NCBI RefSeq assembly: GCF_018350175.1
Contig: NC_058368.1
Coordinates: 117,244,001-117,308,000 of the forward strand
DNA from: Felis catus
Lineage: Eukaryota
Length of the DNA stretch: 64,000 nucleotides
Reading direction: 5' to 3'
Below, in pieces: positions 54,460-64,000 of this stretch; within the stretch, counting starts at the first letter, position 1, and every line of letters begins with the position of its first letter. The translations under genes were made by a program, and so were the position numbers. The notes beneath the pieces are model-generated. The model saw only the letters and a program-made list of their open reading frames with translations, had not been told where the DNA came from and searched no databases.

Positions 54460-54920
54460 GGGGGTGCCTGGGTGGCTTGGTCTGTTGGGCATCTGACTTC
54501 CGCTCAGGTCATGATTTCATAGCTCGTGGGTTGGAGCTCCGCATCAGGCTCTGTGCTGACAGTTCAGACCCTGGAGCCTGCTTCAAGTTTTGCGTCACTC
54601 TGTCTCTATGCTCCTCCCCTGTGTGCACGCGTGCGCGCGCACTCTCTCAAAAACAAATAAACATAGAAAAAAATTTTTTTAAACACAGGCAAAACAGGGG
54701 CACCTGGGTGGCTCAGTTGGATAAGTGTCCAACTTCGGCTCAGGTCATGATCTCATGGTTCATGGGTTTGAGCCTCGCGTCAGGCTCTGTGCTGAGAGCT
54801 CAGGGCCTGGATGGAGCCCGCTTCAGATTCTGTGTCTCCCTCTCTCTCTCTCTGACCCTCCCCACTGGCAGTCTGTGTCTGTCTCAAAAGCATTAAGAAA
54901 ACAAAGTTAAAAAAAAAAAC
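54460..54920 (+). mobile_element. Two tandem CAN-SINEs (54460-54680 and 54697-54920)
   Basis: Two complete heads and tails, 16 bp apart. Confidence 0.9.
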
Positions 54921-56067
54921 TAAACTACAGTATTTAGAAATATAAACTCAGGTGATAAAAAAGAAAATGATTATCACACCAGACAGGATAATGGTTTCTC
55001 TTAGGAGGGAAGGGGAACACGGAGGTTCCTAGGGGTCCCCTGGAAAGTCTGTATCTCCATACATATGGTGTTTACAAGGGTATTCACCTTATAATAATTC
55101 CCTAAACTGTACATCTGCTTGATGTAGCCTTCTGTACTTGTATCAATACCCTCACTTTCCTAGCAGAAAGGCAAAAAATAAAATCTTTCATTTCTGAATT
55201 AAGGAAAAGAGGCAAAAGTCAGTATTTAAAGTATTACTATACAACACAAAATGATTGTCAATGAGACTGATCAAAACCTTTAAAGACATGAGGTTTTACT
55301 ATTTCACGTAAGAAATGAAGGCATGGTCTAGTCATGGTGGGGCTGGAGATAGAAATGGATGGATTTGAGAATTATCTAATAAAAAGAAGCAAACAATCTT
55401 GGCCTAAAGAAATTTGGACTCTAGTTAGTAGATGTGCACTGCAAAGTGGTATGAGTTAGCAGTTCTGGAGGTACTTAATGTGTATTGTAGGAGTGAGCAA
55501 ACCAGAAAATATACTGTGGGTAAGGAGCCAGGTAAGAGAAATCTGTGAAGTCAGAATAACACTTACTCTGGGCCAGGGTGGGAGGACTAGGGATCAGCTA
55601 TAAACAGAAGGAGGTAAAAGGAATTTCCAGGTCTTAGTAATAATCTGTTTTTTGATCCAGGTGTTCACTACATGGATATAAATTGCATTTTTAACTTTGT
55701 GAAAATCCACTGACCTGTACACCTATGCTTTGTACACTTCAAAGAAAATGAAGAAATAACTGATGCACACACACCCCTCTGATTACAACAACATAAATGC
55801 TATATATACAGTATAGACCAAGACTACAAGCCAACACGGACAAAACTAAAATAGTCTGATGAGTTAATATAGTTACATTATCTAACGTGTAAATTTTTAA
55901 AAGTGTCACCCACCCGGGAACTGTGAGAAAGGTAAGATGGGAATGAGTCTGGATGCCACCTATAACATTTCCATATCCTTAGACAGCTGGCCCTGGTTCA
56001 GCTTTGACACTGGGTAGGATGGTTGGGGGAGATCCACTGACAACCAGCAGTAAAGATAAAGATTCAA

Positions 56068-56410
56068 GGGGCACTTGGCTGGCTCAGTCAGTAGAGCATG
56101 TGACTCCTGATACTGAGGTCAGGAGTTTGAGCCTCATGTTGGGCACAGAGATTACTTAAATAAAAAAATAAAGGGGTGCCTGGGTGGCTCAGTGGGTTGA
56201 GTGTCTGACTTCAGCTTGGGTCATGATCTCACAGTTTATGGGTTCGAGCCCCACGTCAGGCTCTGTGCTGATAGCTCGGAGCCTGGAGCCTGCTTTGGAT
56301 TCTGTGTCTCCCCCTCTCTCTGCTCCTCCCCTGCTCATACACACACACACACTCTCTCTCTCTCTCTCAAAAATAAAATAAAAACATAAATTAAAAAAAA
56401 ATTTTTTTAA
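56068..56410 (+). mobile_element. Short CAN-SINE (56068-56172) with a long CAN-SINE (56173-56410) in its tail
   Basis: Second head ggggtgcctgggtggctcag directly follows the A-tail of the first. Confidence 0.9.
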
Positions 56411-58704
56411 AAAGGTAAAAAAATCAAAATGTAGCAATTATCGGGTAACTCCCATTAGTAGCCTTCCCAGCTCTGCTGTAGGAATGGCATACAAATACTA
56501 CAGCACTCAACATATAACCTTACAATGCTTGGGTTCCACCTCCCATTTTTGCCCAAGCAAGGATGGGAAGCCCAGAACAAAGTTCTCATACCGTGTTTCA
56601 CACTAAAAATGACATCAAGAGCCGAGTAACTTCAGTTTGTAGAATCGTATGAAATTCACATGGGACAAAACCATAAGTGAGTATATACAGCTCCTCAGCA
56701 CAGAGGGAAGGAGGAGAATCTTATCTGAAAATGACTGTGCCTCTCCACCGACAAGAGCAGAAAAGAGACCCTTTTCACTCAGCCAACTCTTAGGTAGAAA
56801 AGCATGTCAGTGCCAGTGTCCATGACTCTAGCTGCTGCAACCCTGACCTCTTTAGCAGATCTAAGCACTTTTGCTAATGGCAACCACAGCTTCCGAACTA
56901 GGCACACAGCCAACCTCGTCTCGAAGGACCAGACTTGACAAGCGTCCTGCCAGCCTTGCCAAGAAGTCAGACCCGGCAACTTCCCTTCTATGCCCTATGC
57001 TCTCTCCCAGAGCAAGGGAACAGACTGCCTGCAGCAGCTGCTGTCTGTCAGTCACTGACCTATTTCGGAAGGGAGAGAAAGAGCATCAAGCAAAAGCTTT
57101 CACTTCATCATCTACATCTAAATCAGACTCAAAAGATAACCTTCAAAAAGGTCATGGGCCAGAGTGGGGAGGTTATAGTGCTGAAGCCATGAAAGAATTT
57201 TCACATGTGCCCATCCCCAACACAACATATAATTTTTCTTTCTGTGAGACAGTCTAGGAAGTACTGCTAACTCATTAGGTCTGGTCAGGGAGAAAGGCTG
57301 CCAATGAAGAAAAAGGAAAGTGGTTGGGAGATAAAGCGGAGCCTGCGAAATCACCCTAGGGATGCAGCTATCACACAGCAGATTAATCCAGTGTCCCAAA
57401 GCTCAAAAGTGCTCCTTTAATTCCTAGGAAAGAGCAGGGTCCACTCTGTTGACAGCAGTCTGCAAACTTCTCTAAAGACTTTGGGTAACAGGCTATCATG
57501 TCGGAGAAAAACAAGCCACCTCAATAAGATATTCCAGCCCTTTCTAAGATGTTGTAGAGCACTTCCCCTTCATTTCCTCTCCTGTCACATCTTGGGGAAA
57601 TTGTCAAGATGGGAAGCTGTGCTCTATGAAGAGAAGTCTGGCTCTGTATTTTCCCAGTCCCAACCTGAGGCTTCCTCCCTCTTTCCTAAGAAATTAAACC
57701 TACAAACAAATTGCAAAACAAAACAGATAAGAGAGAAACTACATAGGCTGGAGGGGGAATCTATAGCGATATCAACCAATTGTATGCAGGGACTGTATCT
57801 GGCTGTGATTCAGATTAACAAACTATAAAAAAAAAAAAAATCCAGAAGATAACTTGAGAAACAGTAGATACCTGATGATATTAAATAACTTTTTTAGATG
57901 TGATAGTGGTTATATATTTCTCTTTTTAAAAAAAGTCCTCATTTTTTGATATAAATTCTGAACTACTTACTTAAAGCTTAAATGATAGAACTAATTAGGA
58001 TACAGTTTAAATTACTGGTATGGCAAGGGAAAGGCTGATACAGGTAGCTGAAACAAGATGAGCTAGGAGTTTTTAAATTGGGTGATGGGGATACATAGGT
58101 ATTCATACTCTTCTCTTCACATATGTATGTGTGTATGCATATATGTGTTACGTATACACGTGTGTGCTTTTTACCTTTTATAATATAAATGCTGTTTTTA
58201 AAAGTCAGATTTGCTTCCCTGGAGTCATTAGGGCATCTGATCTCAGAAAAGTGAGTGAAAAGGGTACCTTTTCTTAGCTGATCCTATAGTTGAGAAAATC
58301 AGCCTCAAGATCTCTGTAAGAAAAAACTACCTAAACGCAGGCTCAGATCCTTGAAGAGGGAGAGAGGATGCCACGCCTGCTATCTCAGCACCCTGTCACT
58401 GTTAGGTATCCAGTAGCCAGACACCACCGTGTTCTCTGTTCAGAGGGCGAGGATATGCTCCATCTGTGGCTGGGGATGCAGGCAGCCTGCAGCAAGGTAA
58501 GTCCCTGGTGAGCAAGTGCTGAGTAAAGGGGTCAGTGGCTGCGTCTCAGCCTGTCTCACTCCTCCCCCAGTGGGGCTCCTCCCTTGCCCAATTCTTTTTT
58601 TCCTGCGTCACAAACACAAAATGGAGTTAGCTAGGAGCAAAAACAATCTGTCTAAAATGGCTGAATGCAGTAGGGAGTGCCAGGCAATAAAGCAAAGGGA
58701 AAGG

Positions 58705-58735
58705 GCACCCCCTGCTGTCCAAGAGAAGTACCCCA
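58705..58735 (-). promoter_or_regulatory. CTCF motif, reverse orientation, in unique intronic sequence
   Basis: Minus strand reads TGGGGTAC-TTCTCTTGG-ACAGCAGGGGGTGC: a core plus an upstream-module-like element. Confidence 0.6.
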
Positions 58736-61700
58736 TTTTTCTTTCTTCCCTATTATTGCATATGTTAAAAGAATTTATCCAAGCTAATTTTGTCATAAAT
58801 CTTGATTCTTATGTTGAATTCGAAAACTGAAGCAGACTGAGGCATGAAGGAACATAATTTCCAGTCTGTGAAGACAGATAAGAGTCAAGGCACAAAGTCA
58901 GCGGCCGGAGTCCTAGTGACTGCTGAGTTCTGAGCAGTAACAGTTTCTAAGGGCCCCCAGAGCGGAAGGGAGTTCCTACGTAGCACAGTATTCCCCAACT
59001 GCAGGAATGAGCTAATGGCGCCCAGAGTCTCACAGCTGTAGCCATCACTTCCCCAGGAATTCCTGTGGCAGGCTTCTCTCGGTGAAGACCACAAACAGGA
59101 AATGGAAGAGAAGGGAGTTGCCTGACATCCTAGAAGCTAAGTTCTTAAGAATTGCAGGTGTGAGTGAGTAAGTGAGGTAGGAAAAAGGACTCTGGGAAAA
59201 TTCTGTTGAGAACACAGCTGGCTCTAAAGCCAGTTACATATACAGGGCTGAAAGATTCAGGCTAAGCTATAAAGCAACTCCACCTAACCTTCGGGCTCAC
59301 TCACTGACTCAGGACCAGACTCTACTCGCTCTGCCCAAGATGAACCTGTGTCGTTTGTCCCTATTCTACAGGGAACGCCCTCCATTGATCTTAGGCTGCA
59401 TTTGCCTTAAGTAACCCAAGTACTTTATGACTAAAAGAGAACACAGGAGAAAGGTAGAAAATGTGGAACATGCTGAGAAATCTGTGGATCCAAGTCACCA
59501 ATAGCATTCACTCACTTAAATGAGGTGGCACAAATATGTGAGCTAATCCAACGTCCATGAAGTGAGATAATGGCAGGACATACGTGTGAGCACAGAATCA
59601 CAATAGGTAGTTAAAAAAAGTGGACTCCAGTACCATTATAGTTCTCTCTCTGATAAAACAGGGCCTTTGGAGAAGAGTCCTAGATCTCCCTAGCTTATCT
59701 AAAAGATCTGAACACTTAGTAAGATCTGTAGGTAGTACACACAACAACAAACTCCGTTGAGGGCAACATAGCTAAGAATCACCAAGTCCACCCAGTGTAC
59801 AATAAGCTGTGTCTATCAAGCTCTACCTAAGTTCTCTGATTCTGAGGAAAGGACAGAACAAGAGGGCCCTTCCATGTGCTAATGTAAGAAGCTGCCCATG
59901 TGGAGGATGTCTACTTCATATTCCCCATGGATGTAATATACATGAGTGGAAAATTCAGCACCTTGAAGCCCCTCATAGGAATACACCACAGGAGGGAAAA
60001 CCAGATTCCTATCACTGACCTCTCCCGGCAAAACAAATACCCATCTGCTAAATCCCGCATAACCAAACCACAGTGGATATGCAAGCTTTAAGGCAAGATG
60101 GGACAAACTGGTAAAATGCATAAACCTGAAGGAGAAGAACAAAGCAGGACTGAATTCCAAAGGTACAGAGCTGAAGTGCTAAGAGTTAGGAAGAAGGGAG
60201 CAAATCAAAGTCTGAAAGGGTGGCAAAAAAGCCCTATCAGAAATCTGGGCACTTCTCAAAACATTTGATCTCTCAGACAAGAAGTCACTGAATTTCTCAC
60301 AGATACTTTCCCAGCACACCCAGGAAGGTGACTCAACATGGGAGTGCTAAGGAAGAGAGATGAGCTTTGGGGCCTGGAAGGAGAGACAAGAGACAGTAAG
60401 GCTAGAGGACAGGAGAAAAGGCATCAATATATGGCACTAGGTATAAAGTTTTTGCCTTTCTTAAAAGAAATCAATCAGGCTATAAATAAGAGCCACACAT
60501 TTTAACTGGCTGACATATTTTTAAATTCTCTTTTAGCTTCTATGTTCTCCTCATCTCATTTTTTTCCCCTGGATATTTATTTGTTAAAGAAATCAGGACT
60601 GGTCACTGGTGAAAAGCAAAGAGCGCTCACCCAGTGCCACGACAGTCCCTGGAAGCAGGCATCTCTGAACACACCTGCCTTCTTGGTACTCCCTTCCACT
60701 AAATCTTAGATTCTGAGCCTAACAGATCTGGAGTCAAATTCTGGCTTGCTATTTACTTGCTGTAAGATCTTAATAAACAAAGGACGTATTAATTCTGTAC
60801 TTCCCATTTCTCAGTTATAAAACGAAGATAACACCTACTAGGCAGCACTGTTCCAAGAATTGGAAGTAACAGATAATGTGCTCCTATCATTCACCGCATC
60901 TGATATCAAATGGTATTCTTGAATCAGTTTAAGAAAGCAAAATACCTCCATTATTTTCTAGATTCTTGGAGCAGTTTTAATCTCTGCTGTACCTCTCCTG
61001 CATCCTGAGTAAACTGCACATTTCTAAGCTGTTTTCGGTAACAAAGGATCCTAGAAACACTCTACATTTTAGTCAGGGTCCTGGGAGGAGAAGTAATAGA
61101 GTAAGTGCCTAACAAAGAGAACACAAGGAGTAAATACCCAGCCCCCAGCCTGAGTCTGCAAAGGCAGCAGCTGGTTTTCGTCACACTGCTGTTTTTTTCC
61201 CTTCTTTGTTCCTAAGGTGGAAGCCAGGAAAGGGTGTGGAAAGCGAGGGGAGGGGGGTTGAAGGGGTGGGGATGAGGGCAGAACCGTCATCACTGTTACT
61301 GAAAGTCACCTGATACTCTTCTCCAATCCCTAGTCTCTGACATCACAATTTGGAACCGGAGCCAAAATAGCTCAACTGCGCACACCCCGTGGATGAAAAG
61401 AAAAATGCAAGCAGAACAGGAAAAGGGGGTCATTCTTCAAAGGATTTAGCAGTTTTTCTTGCCACGAGGAAATTTAAACACACACTCACCTTATCTTCCA
61501 AACTAACAGATAACAAAAGAAAGAATCACAGACTGTAAGAACAGAGTTGGAATTAATACAGGATCAGAAAGGAGGAAAAGTTCCATCCCATCTTGCAAAC
61601 ATGGGGTTTCCAATGCCCTGCTGTTGTATAAATGGAGTTCCCTCACTCAAAGCTGCTGGAACAAATAGCTTTTTAAATTAGAATCTGATTTTTCAAAGAC

Positions 61701-62111
61701 AAGCAGGCTAGGATTACTATGGGGAGTGAAATAAGATGCTTTTACCTGCTGTGTAGAACTGGATATTAGCATTCTGCTTTGTAAACACTAATTTCTTAGG
61801 TAAAGTACTTCTAAAAACCCCCTTTTCAGCATCATGGCCACTGGCAAACTTTTTTCTTAACCCTTTTGTTCTTCCCATTTAAAAAGTCAAATGACCACAT
61901 TATAGAGAAATTAGGAAAAGAAATCTAGCACCCTAACAAATTCTGTCATAGTATTCTGGTATATTCTCTTCCAATCTTTTACTTCTGCATTTTTTTCTGT
62001 AAAACAAAATTGCAATAATGGTTGTACATAATGGTTTCCTGCTTTTCCTGCCTAACATCATATCATGAGTGTTCTTCCAAGTTGCTCTGAAAGCAATGTG
62101 CCGGAATTCTT

Positions 62112-62334
62112 TTTTTTTTTTTTTTTAATTTTTTTAATCTTTATTTTTGAGAGAGAGAGACAGAGTGCGAGCAGGGGAGGAAGAGAGAGACAGAGAGGGA
62201 GACACAGATTCTTAAGCAGGCTCCAGGCTCTGAGCTGTCAGCAGAGCCCCATGAGGGGCTTGAACCCACGAACCATGAGATCATGACCTGAGCCAAAGTC
62301 GGACGCTTAACCGACTGAGCCACGCAGGCGCCCC
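62112..62334 (-). mobile_element. Feline CAN-SINE
   Basis: TSD atgtgccggaattctt (62096-62111 / 62339-62354). Confidence 0.94.
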
Positions 62335-62968
62335 AATGATGTGCCGGAATTCTTAAACAAAACAGTTACAGTGTAGTAAGTTCTAGAACTATTCTTTCCA
62401 GAACAAAAACTAAGAAGGAAGGAATAAATGAGGCAGGCCATCCCTTTCCTTTGAAGACCACATCCCTCCTATGAAGTAGCATCCCTATGCTAGTGATACA
62501 AAGCTCTGCTCCTGCTTGAGAATATAATGCTCCAGAAGTAGCTAGAGTCTGGAAGGGCCCACAGAAGAACTTTTCAAAACTCTCTTCTTCACACCACAAA
62601 GGCTTCAGTATGAGGTGTCCTACATTTATAAATTGGTGTGTTCAATTATTTATTACATAACAGAGTTTGCAGGGAGAACAAGAGGACACATCCACACACT
62701 CAAGATGCAGTCAGATTAACTAAATTGTCGCAGCTGTTTCAAAAAAAGGACAGATTACTTCACTACCATATTTTTATTCTCATGTTCATTAGAAAAGCAA
62801 TGCATGATTGTTGAAAATTAGATTTCTTTTAATGACAAAGATATCTATGTACTGACATGAAAACTCTCCACGATATAGGAAGTACAGAACAATAAAGGTA
62901 GTATGTTACCTTTTGGTAAGGGGATGGAGGATAAGAATCTATCAGTTTTTGCTTATAACTGCATTTTT

Positions 62969-63206
62969 TTTTAATAATTTTAACATTGACCACTTTTTTT
63001 TTTAATGTTTATTTATTTTTGAGACAGAGAGAGACAGAGCATGAACGGGGGAGGGGCAGAGAGAGAGGGAGACACAGAAGCAGAAGCAGGCTCCAGGCTC
63101 TGAGCTGTCAGCACAGAGCCCGACGCGGGGCTCGAACTCACGGACCGTGAGATCATGACCTGAGCCGTAGTCGGACGCCCAACCGACTGAGCCACCCAGG
63201 CGCCCC
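62969..63206 (-). mobile_element. Young feline CAN-SINE with a bipartite tail
   Basis: CpG-intact. TSD taactgcattttt (62956-62968 / 63209-63221) encloses an extra 21-nt unique tag. Confidence 0.93.
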
Positions 63207-63953
63207 TTTAACTGCATTTTTAAACACAATGAAAGTATAATCAAGAAACTAATAAAAATGATGACCTCTAAGGGTAGGGAGGGGGAGGATGGAATGGATG
63301 AACACTAGGGTGGTTATGAGACTTCTTCATACCATGTTGACTTCTCAACTACCTAGATTACTTATGCAGAAAACCAGATAACGGAGAAGCAGGAAAGCCC
63401 CAGAGGAAACATCCTGTGGTGGAGGTATCATTAGTACTCCCTGAAAACTGGTCTATAATTTCATGTTTACAGGGAGATTGGTCCCTTATTAGCAAAAGAG
63501 TAAGTTCACATCTGACAATTCCCAAAGCATGTAAGGGATGCTGAGAACAGGGCTGTTCCCGTAAGGCAGCTGCTTTGGGCCCCAGCATGTAGCAGCCTAA
63601 AAGCACTGGATCACTCTCCTGCTTATCCTAAAGCCCAGCTCTGCTCTTGACATTTCCTGGAGATCCCATTCTTCTTCCTAAACACATCCCTGATCTCTAC
63701 CAACTCCAGGTCTCCATGGTGAAGGAATAACCAAACAAGAGCAAGAGTTGTCTGCCCAAGTGTAGCCCCTTCATCACGATCTGGACTTCCTGGTCTTACA
63801 CAACTCCATCTTTGTTGTACAACTGGAGGGATTTCCCATCATCTGCCTGCCACACATATCCTCCATCCTCATCAGTCTCTAAGTGGTTCCTAGCTACACA
63901 GACTCCAGAGAACTTCTTCAAAATATCCTTCAAAGATACCTAACGAGACCTGG

Positions 63954-63967
63954 CCAGAAGATGGCAA
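63954..63967 (+). promoter_or_regulatory. CTCF-like motif, forward orientation
   Basis: TGG-CCAGAAGATGGCAA matches the core consensus at most positions. Confidence 0.45.
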
Positions 63968-64000
63968 GAACAAATTTTGTAAAAACAAGTGCCCCTGAAT

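Noticed and set aside
59955..59975. REST/NRSE-like half-site TTCAGCACC
   Set aside because: The GGACAG right half is missing, as it is at 39157. Not a supportable RE1 site.

Overview
Mammalian (felid) genomic DNA, identified by abundant feline CAN-SINEs (SINEC_Fc type) and carnivore L1s. The window spans the tail-to-tail junction of two known genes. On the + strand is the 3' end of the protocadherin-gamma (PCDHG) cluster: constant exons 2 and 3 at 2789-2877 and 8409-~10465. On the - strand is the 3' part of DIAPH1 (formin mDia1): ten coding exons from 29580 down to 14253 (exons 19-28 by human numbering, from memory), encoding the FH2 domain and the DAD, plus a 3' UTR ending near 12460. From 29581 to the end, the window is one long DIAPH1 intron. 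It holds a ~25 kb nested pile of L1, LTR and SINE insertions (31.7-56.4 kb), followed by mostly unique sequence. I found no new protein-coding system. The most notable observations are: (1) a minor-spliceosome AT-AC intron in DIAPH1 (22897-23469); (2) an array of same-orientation CTCF motifs pointing back at the PCDHG cluster, with RFX, CRE and NF-kB motifs nearby, fitting the Pcdh cluster-control region; (3) a candidate frameshifting 'poison' microexon at 61490-61502; (4) a tandem donor after the DAD exon that would reproduce the DFNA1-type C-terminal frameshift; (5) an in-frame, stop-free retainable intron; and (6) a young SINE carrying a probable 3'-transduced tag. Repeat family names come from pattern recognition, not a database search.
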